Below, piece by piece: positions 12,320 to 25,107 of a stretch of DNA of 64,000 nt (position 1 is its first letter; the number at the start of each line of letters is the position of its first letter). Source of the stretch: Orbicella franksi (Eukaryota); the NCBI GenBank assembly GCA_964199315.1, contig OZ116699.1, positions 27,094,001 to 27,158,000 of the forward strand, read 5' to 3'. Under the pieces are notes generated by a model. The model was not told the DNA's origin, did not search any database, and worked only from the letters and a program-made list of their open reading frames with translations. The position numbers and the translations under genes were made by a program.

Positions 12320-14093
12320 GGGAATAATGGAAGATGATGCTGGATTGCCCAAAATCGTCAAGCAATGGTCGCACATTGTTGTACACAATGGTCCTGGGCA
12401 ATGCTCAGCGTGCTAGGCAATGCCAGGCAATGCCAAGCATTGCCTCGAGCATTGCAAGCATTTACTAAATTTTGGTCGGAGTATAGCTCTGAGCAATGCT
12501 CAGCGCTGTCTGAAGCATCAACATTTCCACTGATTTTAACCTGTGCTTCAGTCAATGCTTGACATAACACCAAGCATTACTTTAACCTTGGTGTCTTAAT
12601 CTTCTGGTTGGTTTGCCTTCTACACTGCTCCGAGCATTGATGAGCATTGACTTTCTACTGCTCCCCACCATCAAGTACACAGCATGCTTGCCAATGTTCT
12701 GAGCATCAGAGGTGTGCGACAGACAAGCTTTACCTGCCTGTGTCCAGCCAAACACTCAAACTGTCCATCTGTGTCCAACCAAATGATTTAGTCTAATATT
12801 TTCGTCTACCTATAGCTGTCTATGCATTTCACATGTCTGTCCATACCCTCCCACATAATTTTGCAGTCTGGTCTGTCTATGTCCGTCCAATACATATCCT
12901 ATGTCCATCCATGTCTGTCCTGCATATTTCCATCAGCATTATTGTCCGCCCATTTCTGTTCAATAGATTTTTAATGTTTGTCCATGTCCACCCGGCTAAT
13001 TGTCATCGGTATTTTTTGTCTGTCTGTGCATGTTTCAAATGACCAATTTGTCTGTCCATGCCCGTCTGGATGGGCAGATAGACGTCTGTTGCACACCTCT
13101 GCTAAGCATTGAAAAGCATTACCAAACGTTGACAAGCACATAATGTTATTTGTGAGTGTCCAATTTTCCTGGTGTAACAAAAACCCCTTCCTCCCACCCT
13201 GATTAGATAACCCCCTTCCCAAGTCCATCTTTGTTCTTGTGCTACACCTTAGCCGATTCTCCACATTCACACAGAAAAAAAAATTAATTCAAAATGTCTT
13301 CCTGTTTCATGCACCTGGCTCCTAGTTTGCATCTTATCCAAGTTTTATTGCCAATTAAATAAAACACACAAATGCTGCTCATGACAGGTATAAGAAAAAA
13401 CATTGAAAAAAGACTGTAGCATTCCTCCATCTTGCCTCTGCATAGGCCATATTGATCTTATGACCATCATATCTAAATGCTTGGAGTAGTGCATACATTT
13501 TGCTACCTATCTAACAAAGGAATTTGAAAAAGTTTCAAACTAGTGAGTGAGGAATGAGCATTATTTTGTGCATCCTATGCAATCCTTGAGCATTTACTTC
13601 AGTGAGTGCAATTGGTGGATCAAAGTTGCAGAGCCAAACAAAGGTGGGGTAGGGAAGGGGGTTTTTAAGGTATGGCAGGAGGAAAGGATTTTTGTTACAC
13701 CCAAAAAATTGATTAGTCCCAAATAACATTATATGCTTGTCAATGCTGGCAGTTTTGGCCAAAAGGTTGCATACATGGCTGTGTGGAGTAGTAGAAAGTG
13801 TAGAAGGCCATGGAATCACGAGATTGAAACACCTACACTAAAGTGAAAGTAATGCTCATAGCAATATCAAGCATTGACTGAAGCACCGGCGAAAATCAGT
13901 GGAAATTTTGATGATTAAGACAGTGATGAGCACTGCGCAGAGCATTACTCTGTGCAAAGGTCAATGCTCTGTGCAGTATTGACAGCAATGGACAGCAATT
14001 ACTCGCAACTGAAGCATTGCTGAGCATTGCCCGGAAACATTTCCCAGGACCATTGCGTGACCATTGCATGAACACTGAGCGACCATTATGCCA
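12320..14093. mobile_element. ~1.8-kb non-autonomous element with long subterminal inverted repeats, inside the tyrosinase intron
   Basis: 12320-12560 is an imperfect reverse complement of 13860-14093 (e.g. TTTCCACTGATTTT..GCTTCAGTCAATGCTTGA versus TCAAGCATTGACTGAAGC..AAAATCAGTGGAAA); CAATGC/GCATTG subrepeats; CATTGG on both flanks. Confidence 0.7.
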
Positions 14094-14258
14094 CATTGGG
14101 GAAACCTAATAGTGCAAGGCTCTTGATTGCTTGTTTCGTGCTGGATTTTTTCGTTGTGTAGGTGAATGTGTACAAGCTATTGGCACACAAGTTCAATGGT
14201 GTAAACTAAATGTACAATAAAGAAATCAGAGTCAACATCAAATTAGCCCAATACTCAC

Positions 14259-14284
14259 GCTTTCTTTTTATCACTGCTTGACAT
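14259..14284 (-). CDS. First coding exon of the tyrosinase (MSSSDKKK + GC)
   Basis: Exon 14336-14259 bounded by TTTTCTTTTGCAG and GTGAGT; the ATG at 14284 leaves a phase-2 end that matches the phase-2 start of the main exon, giving a 652-aa ORF. Confidence 0.75.
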
Positions 14285-14949
14285 GTCGCTTCAAGTTTCG
14301 TGACCTTCTGGTGCAGCCTCTACACTAAAATATGCCCTGCAAAAGAAAAATTACTATTTTCAGCTGAACTCTCTGTTTGTTTTAGTACTCTATTGATATA
14401 TTGAGACACATAATGCAATTTGCATACACAAACATAAAAAAATGTTAGTGCTTTCAATCAGCACTCATGTATGTACATGTAGCTGCTGAAAAGTAGTTTA
14501 CAAACACACCGAAACAAAAATCACGACACAAAACTAAAAGTCGACTTCATATGACCATTCCAGTTGGTGAGAGCAGCTTCATCTTTGTTAAGAAGAAAAC
14601 ATGTCTGAAAAATATTTGCACAAAAGCCCAGGAATATTTTTCACACAGAACCACCAGTATTTTGCAGTCTGTTCTCATCTGTTTTCAAACCTGCGATTGT
14701 TATGAAATTATGAGCTGGTTAAAAAAGTGGTGCAAAATCTGGCTAACTCAGAAAATTAAATTCCTGGTAAAATGTTCTAATTAGCATAACTAACTAGCTT
14801 TCCTTTGCACAAACATTGTTTTATACTGATTCACCATCTCATTTTGCTGAAAAATTATTGCCAAATTTAATTTGATGACAATATTATTCACATCATCAGA
14901 AAATGAACTTGTTCCTGTGCAGTTATTAAGTTGCTCTAGAAACACATCA

Positions 14950-15265
14950 ATATGTTGATTTGGAGGTTGATAAATGCATCCGATTATCTAAAACTGCAAG
15001 TTGATGAAGATGTCCCCCGGCATCATACGCCATGTGAATACAGATAAAAATAGCAGATTTATAATGGAAGAAGAGGGTGGACAATTGCACTCATTCTAGG
15101 ACTTTTACCGATGCCACGTTCTTAGGCAATTTACATAATTATGAGCCTTGCAGCCATTCCAGAGACTAACCCAACAATGTAAGTCACTGAAGGCAAAATG
15201 TCCTTAGAGTAAAGATCCTGAAGGATGCTCCTAAGGAGAAATCTTGATCTCTTGAGTAGGTCTAT
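14950..15265 (-). pseudogene. 3' fragment of a CR1/L2-type LINE reverse-transcriptase ORF
   Basis: Minus-strand peptide DLLKRSRFLLRSILQDLYSKDILPSVTY..AAR resembles the post-RT region of CR1/L2 ORF2; degenerate. Confidence 0.55.
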
Positions 15266-16093
15266 TTTTTTAGCAAAGGCTTTTTGAATTCCAACAAGTG
15301 CCAATCTCGTACCCAGAGTCCTCTTTGGTCAGCGAGCAGTTGCCCAGAGAGACTCTGGGAAAATGGACTCAATTTTACCAGAAACTGTGGTAATTGAGTC
15401 TTAGTGAGCGAGGTTGAAAACGGGAAACGGAAGTTGTTGTGTTAAATAGCATGTTGTTTTTCAAGATTTATTTTTGAAAAGTTCATGGCTAGGAAAAACA
15501 AAAGTGGTAAAAATGAGCACAGCCATTCAGATAAAAAAGGTAAAACTGAAAGGTTTTTTTACATTTCAAATCTCCCTCCTAGGCCATCGATATAGTTGGT
15601 TCCAGCTCTGATTTGGCTAAGTTGCTGTCAGACACCTATTGTTATGCAAGTCACCCATGAGAAAGTAAAATACAATTATTTTCACTTTCCTAGAGTCCCT
15701 CCAGGGCACCACCTGCTGACCAAAGAGCTTGAGGACTCCGACTACGAGAGGGAACCAGATTTGTTTTGCATTTACTATCATCCCTAGGAGGCATGACTTG
15801 GCCATTTTAATTTCAGAGCTACCAATGTTCTACCAATGTAGATCGATGGCATATGATCCAGATGGCTTCTGGTCATTCACACTTTTCTCACTTTTGCCGG
15901 GGTGGGGATGGAGCCAATTGATTAGGCACCATTCATACATTTCGTAGTATGCTGTGTAGTATCGTATGTTAGGACTGGGCTCTAGGCCCATTGCATGCTG
16001 GGCCCACGCAGGTCCAGTTACCATTGTCGTTGTAGTTTCGTAGCAAGTATGGCAGCCATAGTCTATTAAATGGGTGACGAGGAACAACCAACA

Positions 16094-17222
16094 ATGCCAG
16101 ACAAAGCCAACACTAATCAGAAAGGAAAGTCAGGAGTTCTTGCCAGCGTACGAGGAAGTGTGGGTGCTTTCAGTTTGAGTGGTGAACCAGGGCTACGCAA
16201 GAAAACATGGAAGTTATGGAAAGACCACTTCGAACGAGCCACTCGATGGATGGCAGTCAATGATACCGACAAGCTAGACTTACTGTTATTAGTAGGAGGA
16301 GAAGAGCCCCAGAAGCTACTCCACTTCCCGAACAGCCCACAGATTACAAATTGCACATCGAACTGTGGACCAACACTTCAAGGAATATCGCAACAACACT
16401 TTGGAGTTGTACAAGTGGTTCAACACAGAATGGTCACCCGACATGTACTTCGATGACTTCAAGACGAAGTGCAGAGAGCAAGCGCTTCATTGTGATTTCC
16501 CCATCACACTGGACAATGCAATCATCATGATGACTGTGGTCAAAACCAGCAACGTCAAGCTTTGGAATGAAATAATTCGGAAAAATGGAGACTTGAAATC
16601 GGTAAGAGAAACAGTTAAAGCTTTTGAGATAGCAAGTGAAGGCAGTCAGATGATGAAAAGCACAGAGGAAGAAAAAAGCCAAGATAAGGGCGATCCAGGG
16701 TTAAAACGAGTTTACACACCAGGACGGTTCAGCATGAGAAATAAAGGGCCAAGCTGTACCGCTGACCATTCGCAGGCACAGGCCAGACTGCCTTGCTCCA
16801 AGTGCGGGAATGAGGCACATGCCAACAAGGATCCATGCCCAGCTACTGGAAGGAGATGCCTCAAGTATGGGCGTCCGAATCACTTTGCCCGCATGTGCAA
16901 GGGTGCAGCCAATGACAGGAAAGACAAGCGAACCAACGCAGTGGAGTGTGAGCAGCAGACCAACAAACACCGTGGGTCTCAAGAAGAGGGGTTTTTAAAA
17001 GATGTGTACTTGTACCAGCTGCAGGAAGGAAAATCACGGAATCCAACTGTCGCCATTCACGTCAATGGCATTCCCATCAGTTTACACTTGGACACGCAGG
17101 CTGACATCACAGTAGTTACTGTAAAGCACTATGGAAAGCTTCAGGCCAACTGTCCCCTACAGCAAACCAGCGTAGCAATCAGGAGCTGGAGAAGGGAAAG
17201 GCCCGGTGCTACCCGTGGTTAG
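16094..17222 (+). pseudogene. gag: gag and aspartic protease of the Gypsy element (frameshifted)
   Basis: Zinc-knuckle remnants CSKCGNEAHANKDPC and CLKYGRPNHFARMC; protease motif LHLDTQADITV. Confidence 0.85.
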
Positions 17223-17331
17223 AAAATTCACCGCAACACTCGCTCGGGGAGAAAAGGAGATAGCAGAGCCAGTGTATGTAGTTAAGGGTTAAGGCGACAC
17301 AGCACTGCTAAGCTGTGGGACCGTTGAACGT

Positions 17332-20238
17332 ATGGGTATTGTGGAGTACCACCTGGACCTGACCAAGAGCACACCACTGCCAATCATGGGGGAGACATGG
17401 CAAGTGACCGTTGACCTAGTCGAAGAGTACAAGAATGTGATCTCGGGTTTAGGAAAGTTGAGAGGAATCAAGGTGAAATTGCACATGGACTCAGACGCAA
17501 AAGGCGCCGTGCAGAAACAGAGAAGAATATCTCTACCATTCAAAAACAAATTTGATGAGATTCTGGACAAGTGGGAGCAAATGGATATCATAGAAGATGT
17601 TGGAGACGAACCAACAGAATGGTGCAGCAATGTCGTCCTCACTCTTAATGGAAAGCTTCAGGCCAACTGTCCCCTACAGCAAATGGGGCCAAGTATTTCT
17701 CTCACTTAGACATGAACGATGGATACATGCAGCTGGAGTTGGTCAAGGAAAGCAGAAAGCTTACCACGTTTTACATGCATAGAGGGCTGAAACACTTTAA
17801 AAGGTTGCATTTCGGGGTCAACAGCGTGGCAGAGATCTTTAACGAGGAGGTTCGCAAGATCGTAGCACAAGAGCCAAATGCTGCCAGCATTTATGATGAA
17901 ATACTTGTCTTCGGCGCAACGCCCAAGCAGCATGATGAAGCACTCAGGCACATATTCAAGCTGTGGCGCGAGCATGGGCTCACACTTGGCCTGAAGAAGA
18001 GCAGGCTCAACCTCCAAGCTGTGAAGTTCTTTGGAAAGGTGTTCTCAAGCGAAGGAATATCACCAGACCCAGATAAAGTAGCAGCCCTGAAGGCAGCAGG
18101 TCCCCCACAGTCAGCAGCAGAAGTACACTCCTTTCTATTCTTTGCTGGAGCAAACGCAGACTTCATGGAGGGATTTGCACAGGCCACTGCACCGCTGAGA
18201 GAGCTACTCAAGGTGAATGCTAAGTTCCAGTGGACACCAGAGTGCCAAAGGTCATTTGATTGGGTCTGGGAAATACTGACAGACGAAACAGTGATGGCAT
18301 ACTTTGATCCACAATGGAAGACAAGGCTGAAGACTGATGCAGGACCAGGTGGAATGGCAGCCACCATGAAGCAGTATGACCCCGAGGCCAAGCAATGGTG
18401 ACCTGTCACTTATCGATCAAGAGCATTCACTGACACTGAGAGCAGATACTCACAGCTAGAGAAGGAAGCCAAAGCTGTGGAGTGGGGTATCTTTGCCAAT
18501 CAGATATACCTTTATGGCATGGGAGACACATTTGAGGTTGACACCGACCACAAACCACTGGTACCGCTGCTTTCGGGCTACAGGACAACTGCACCACTCT
18601 GTTTAGAGAGGATACGTGTCCGCCTACAAGGCTTCAACTATCACCTCAATTGCGTACCCGGAAAGGAGGGAGCAGAGAACAATGAAGCAGACTACGCAAA
18701 AGAGCCAGGCCAGTAAAACCCAAGCAGAATTTGAGCTAAGAGAGACAGTGGAAGAGCTCAAGAAGGATATCATTGCTATTGTGAAATCTTCAGTACCTGA
18801 AGCAGTCACCAGGCGGGAGCTGCTTGAAGAAATGTGCTCAGACACTGAACTGTCGGACTTGAAGGAAGCCATAGCTAGAGGATACTTCACGGCGCAAGAG
18901 AAGAGAGCCCTCGGGCAGCAGTACAACTCCATTTTCACCGAGTTGGCTGTTTTAGGAGGGCTGGTAGTCCAAGGTCCAAGAATTGTAGTTCCCAGGACTC
19001 TCTGAAATAAGGTAGTCAAGCTTGCGCACGAAGGCCACCAAGGTATCACCAAGACCAAGGAGTACCTGTGTACCAAAGTGTGGTTTCAAGGGCTAGACAA
19101 CATGGTGGAGGCGCACATCCAGCACTGCCACCCGTGCCAAGTGGTAAACGTGTCACCGGAGCGAGAGCCCTTACGCATGACACCCATGCCCAGTGAGCCT
19201 TGGAAAGATGTTGCTGTAGACTTCTGGGGCCCCATCCATGCCGGAGAGTATCTGTTGGTTACGGTGTGCAAGGAGTCTAGATGGGCGGAAGTAGAATTTG
19301 TCACCTCCACCAGTGCCAGGGCTGTGATGCCAAAGATGGATAAAACCTTTGCCTCGTTGGGCATACCAGTGTCGGTAAGCAGTGACAATGGACCTCTGTT
19401 CAATAGCCAGGACTTCAGTGACTTCAGCAAGTACTTGGGCTTTCGTCATGAGCGAAAGACGCCACTGAATCCACAAGCCAATGCAGAGGCTGAGCAGTTC
19501 ATGAGAGTACTGAAGAAGCTGTACCAAATAAGCAAGTTGACGGGATCGAATTTCAAGCAGGAGGTATACCGATTCCTTAGTGCCTACAGAGCAACTTCTC
19601 ATTGTACCACTAAAATTGCTCCGCCAGATCTGATGTATCCCGGTTGCAATTTCCACACCAGGCTTCCCATTGGAGTAATTCCTTGTAAAGATAGCTTTGA
19701 AGAACTGTTCCAGAGGGATCTTGAGAAGAAAATGCAAATGAAAGGGTACGCAGACAACAAAAGGTATGTCAAACCTTCTGACATACAGGTGGGAGACTCT
19801 GTACTAGTCCGAAAGGAGGCAATCAACAAGGCCACACCTGCCTATGAGGCAGAACCATTACGGGTGCAGTGCAGGAAAGGCACCAGGGTGGTAGCCAAAA
19901 GGCCAGATGGCAGCTCCATCACAAGGACCACAACTCACTTTAAGAAAGTTCCCTTCAGATCGATCGAGGAAGCCCACAGGTGGTCCAGTGCAGAATGGCC
20001 AGCAGAGCCTGTCAATGAGTCACCACCAAGCACCGGAGAAGATGGGCCCTCTGGTTTGAAACAGACTGATGGAAGCATGATTGGGACGGGCGCCAATGAG
20101 TCCATCCCTGCTGATGCTGCCTTAACAGCCGGGTTGACATCACCACTTGCCCGGGATCAGGGACCAAGGAGAAGTGAGAGGCACCGAAAAGACACTGATA
20201 CGTATTTAAAGGAAAAGTACCCAGACTCCCAGCTATAA
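17332..20238 (+). pseudogene. pol: pol (RT, RNase H, integrase) of the Gypsy element, with several stops and frameshifts
   Basis: RT KRLHFGVNS and YDEILVFG (decayed YxDD); RNase H TDAGP and DTDHKPL; integrase HCHPC, VDFWGP, SDNGP, QANAEAE. Confidence 0.9.
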
Positions 20239-21519
20239 TGCTGAAGTTAGATAACTGTTCCGGGTCTATAATGGACTTTAGACACTGACTTCTTTCATGA
20301 TAAGTTGTTGTTTATTTTTCTGGGTGTCACCCCATAGAACTATCTGTAAGCAAGGGGGGAATGTAGTATTGTATGTTAGGACTGGGCTCTAGGCCCATTG
20401 CATGCTGGGCCAACACAGGCCAGGTTACTGTTGTTGTTGTAGTTTCGTAGCTAGTATGGAAGCCATAGTCTATTAAATGCTGGATTCAGTTGCGCAATAG
20501 CCTTCTTTGCAGATTGATTTATCCAATAAATCGTCGTCGAATCATCCACAACATACCCAGGTGTTTGCCAGAAAAAAAGTGGTAATGTAAAACACGCGAC
20601 TCACCTGTCTCTGGTAGGGTAGTCTGAGTAGGTTGCCCCAAAATGTGTGGGGTACTCAAGAAACAAATTATTCCTATCAAGAGTCCCATTCAAATTACAA
20701 AGGCTTCTTTTCAGTCCTGTCGTTATTGCGCAACTGAATCCAGCATTATATTTGGAATACCCAAAAGATCCTCAAATGCTCATTTTATCCATTTACAGAC
20801 CAGTGATTGATACAATTCAGTCTTGTTTCGTATCAACTCTGACACAAGAAATTGATGGAAATTGATTGATTCGCTCCCTTGTTTCTTTCTGTTTTTTTGT
20901 TTGTTTGTTTGTTTGTTTTTCTTTTGCATTTTATTCCTTTTACAAGAGATGTAAAGTTGGTCAAGTTGGTCATGGTTCCAGTTATAACAAGATCTGTCAG
21001 AAAACATCCATATTTTTCTTAGTCCTTATCTTATAACCTTCACATCGATGTAAAGTTTGCCGCAGTTTGTTAATATAAGTGCACAAATGAATGATTGATA
21101 TGGAAATTGTTAACCCCGGTTGATAAAATGAAGAGATGATATTTTTCCAATAGTGACTCAGACATACTTGGAAGTATCTGAGTGCTCCTTTGCACTTGGC
21201 TTTTTTCTGAGCAGTCCTGAATCCTGAGTCACGGCAGAAAAAAAATATCACCTCTTTATTTCTGACATTGTTAAATTTCTAAGAAAGAGATTCAGTCAAA
21301 GAACAAGTCATGTCAACAACAAAGGCACTTTTTACACAAGGACGCCTTGAATTCCACTGATGATTTGACCATGTTCTCAAATTATGGCATCATCATCTAC
21401 AACACACCGAGGGTCAAGAACAGAACTCTGGAAATATTCAGGCACTCTTTACGATTGTCATTTAAGTCTTAAATAAGTATATTATACAATGCTCTTAAGA
21501 AGCTGTCCAAGAAAAATTC

Positions 21520-24500
21520 AGTAGTATAGAAGTTGAGGGTACGAACGTAAATTTTTTTAATTTTCACTTGTACAATCAACTTCAATACTACTTTCCATTT
21601 TATGGAATTTTTTCAACGATTCCACAGAATTTTACAATCTACATCTTTCCAAATTCCAGAAAACTATATGGAATCATAATACTGCTTCATGAGGGGGGTA
21701 TTAATGCATGATTCCACACAAAAGCAATGCTTCATGAGGCGGTCTCCGTGGTGTGATTTCATAGTGTGACATTTGTTGAAAAACAGGAAAAAATTAGCAT
21801 AGTGTGGCTTTCTCACAAGCAGGAAGTTATAAGATGGGATTTTTCCCTAATTTTAAATACAGTTTTTGAACCAATCATGAAGCTCACATTTTTCCTTCAC
21901 AATTGTGAAATTTTTCAGTGAAAAAATTTTTATTTGTGACGCCTAAATTGAAGGGGGTTTATCAAGCATGATCTCTTCCTGTGACAACATTATCAGGTTT
22001 TTATGTTTTTGAAACATTACATTTTATTACAAGTCAGGTTCCATACATTTTATAATTTTCTGGAAATTCAAAAATGGGGGGTAAAAAAGCAATGGATTCA
22101 TGAGTCGGCCTCATGGTGTGGTAGGAACATAAAAATATAATCTTATTCAAGAGTATATGAACAGTGAAATAGCTAAAGTAATGAAGGAATCAATGATCAT
22201 TTTACTTGAAAAAAATGAATAGATGCAAAATATAAAAGGCTTAATTTTAGTGTTATGCTCAACAATAGTTATTCTAATGAAATTATTCATGATGAACTCA
22301 AGGATGTGGATCAGATTTTTTGCTTGCTTTGAGATAACAAAATTGGTGAAAGCAACTCATGTCAGGAACCATGCTGTGAAAATATTCAACTTGACGAAAA
22401 CTATATGAAGATCCTCAAAAATATATAGTATATGAACAGTGAAATACCTAAAGTAATGAAGGAATCAATGGTCATTTTACTTGAAATAGAACAAATTGGT
22501 GCGAAATATAAAAGGCTTAATTTTAGTATTATGCTCAACAATAGTTATTCTAATGAAATTATACACAATGAACTCAAGGATTTTTTGCTTCCTTTGACAT
22601 AACAAAATTGGTGAAAGCAACTCATATAAGAAACCATGATCTGAAAATAATTTCAGGAAAAATATGAGGTTGTTCGTGAAAATGTGGTTCAGTAGACAGA
22701 TATTAAATAGCTCCAAAGAAGTTTATAACTGCCTTTAGAAACCAAGCATCTCAAAAATTAATGACCAAAATTGTGTTGTGATTAGCTTGCCTAGCGTCAC
22801 GGTCACATAATGAGACTCTTCTGGAAAAATCAATTCATCAAACAAGAGTAAAGAAGGCTAAGGCTTCATCCACGAAAAAGCCAAACTTACAACAACTCCA
22901 GATTCGTCCATGAGAATGCAAACACATCCCTTGCGGCTAAAGTATTCCAAATAGATTCTACTTTTACATACTGCAAAAATTTGATCCTTCCTCTATTAGT
23001 AAAATCATTACCTTCAATTGTGTCGTCTTGTTTCCAGCCTCAATTTCTGATGTGAATTGTAGATCTAAGAATAAAGATGAGCGAAATAAATTCAATACAA
23101 CGTTTTGATGTCAAGTAATAACGAAAAAACTTACAGTGACTACTTTATACAAACGGAGGGTGATAGAGTAAATTAGCATATCCAGTGTTCTATTTCACAC
23201 GTAGGCATCTTTAAAATGTTAAGTAAATACTTTTGCGTGGATAGAGTGCAATTGCGTGTTCAGGCTTGGCTTCTTGAATTTCATAGATAACACCTCATTA
23301 ATTAAACAATGCTGTCGGACCACAATAATCAAGGTGATTTGTTGTGGGCAGCCTGTGGGATAATGGATACAGTGATAAAACAGAAAGCCTTAAACCCTTG
23401 ATTGATCAAGCCCTGCTAGAATCACAAGGCAGCGTTTTTATAATTATAATAACCTCTTAACTACTATCCTTGGGTTTACTCTACAACTAATATGAGTTCT
23501 GGAAAACGTAGGAAACGCTGGCGTACCCCATCTACAATCAATAACAGATCATCTGTAGGTGAATTAACCAAGGTGTAGGCGAGAATGAGTGTAGCCGACT
23601 TGACCGGATACCTTCCTTAATTACAAGTGAACTACCAAGACTAAATACAATTGCTCTCTGTGCATTCCCTGTGACCAAACTAACCTACCAAATGAAAATT
23701 AACACTTTTTGAAGCCGCTTTGCTTAATTCATGTGCAAAAAAGAACTGGTGATCACATAACTATGCGTGAGCCTGCGTGGTATGCTTGTTGTGAACAATA
23801 CATCTTTGTTTGAGTAATTACATGTATTGTGAAGCAAGATTTCCACCAACATTATGAGTCAAATGAAGATCCAGTGGTGGTTAGGAAATTCAGTAAAACT
23901 ATGGAAAATCTCAGAAAACAATGTAATGTTGAACTAGTGACTGATGAAAAGAAACTATTAAAATTAGCCTCAAAACTGACTTATATTAGCAGCAATATAT
24001 TCAATGAAAATCTGGTAGCAGTGCATAAGATCAAAGAATTTTTAACTCTCAAAACACCAGCTTATGTAGGAATGTGTATTCTTGATCTTTCCGAGACATT
24101 GACGTATGATTTTCACCACAACTATATTAAGTCCAAGTATGGTGACAAAGCTAACTTGCTATTCACAGACACAGACTCATTAAGATACAAAATCAAAGCT
24201 GATGATGTGTATCAAGACTTCTGTAAGATAATGATAAATTCGACAATAACAACTATGAAGAAGATAGCCCTTACTTTGATAAAACCAACAAAAAGTAATT
24301 GGCAAATTCAAAGAGGACGCTGCTGGTGTTCCAATAACTAAATTCGTTGGTTTGAGAAGTAAACTGTATTCATACGTAAAAGACAATGACAAAGGCGGTA
24401 AAAACAGCTAAAGGAATAAAAGAAGAATGTCATCAAAAAGAATGTCAAACATGAAGACTATAAAGACATGCTATTTCATGCGAAGCAAATGCATCATGCG

Positions 24501-25107
24501 ATGAAAACTATCCAAAGCAATAATCATCAACTTGGAAGCTATGAGCTTAATAAAGTATCACTAAGCTGCTTCGACGACAAACGATACAAGTTTACTAGAG
24601 GATGGCAGAAATTCATTCGCTTATGGCCATTATAAAATCCAACTGTAAATGAACTTCACACAAAACAAAATTTCACTAAAAAACTTTCACAATTGTGAAG
24701 TGAAAATATGAGCTTTTTGATTGGTTCAAAAAGTATTTAAAATTAGGGAAAAATCCCATATTACAAGTTCCTGTTTTTCTAAAAATCCCACGCAATGCAA
24801 ATATTTCCTGTTTTTCCAAGAATGTCATGCTGTGGAGATCACGCTACAGAGAGAGATGCCAGGAGACCCCCTCATGAAGCAGTGCTTTTTTACCCCCCTT
24901 GAAGAGCAGTTTTCATAAAATGGGAAAAATAGATGGTTTCCAATTATTCATAATATCTAAACGTACTTTTTAGTTTACGAAACATATAGATTACAAAAAT
25001 TTTGGAAACATACAGATTGCAAATTTCTTTTGATTCCCACAAAATTATTTCCATGAAATGGAAAGCACTATTGAAGTTACGTTCGTACCCTCAACTTCTA
25101 TACCACC
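21520..25107 (+). mobile_element. Internally deleted Polinton/Maverick relic
   Basis: Left end AGTAGTATAGAAGTTGAGGGTACGAACG, right end CGTTCGTACCCTCAACTTCTATACCACC; imperfect TIRs of ~420 bp (21520-21940 versus ~24660-25107); 6-bp TSD AAATTC at 21514-21519 and 25108-25113; contains a PolB remnant. Confidence 0.9.
23888..24648 (+). pseudogene. C-terminal remnant of a protein-primed family B DNA polymerase (Polinton pPolB), copy 1
   Basis: KTMENLRK, AYVGMCILDLS, LLFTDTDSL (motif C), FVGLRSK, KGIKK, CFDDKR, AYGHYKI; frameshifted. Confidence 0.9.

Larger units (their letters stand above)
15955..20477 (+). mobile_element. Ty3/Gypsy LTR retrotransposon, full length but decayed
   Basis: 116-bp LTRs at 15955-16070 and 20362-20477 (11 mismatches by manual alignment); TSD TGCTG at 15950-15954 and 20478-20482; PBS-like TGGGTGACGAGG at 16071; polypurine tract AAGCAAGGGGGGAA at 20348-20361; domain order gag-PR-RT-RH-IN. 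Confidence 0.95.

Noticed and set aside
17891-19737. Minus-strand ORFs of 150-188 aa
   Set aside because: Antisense shadows of Gypsy pol
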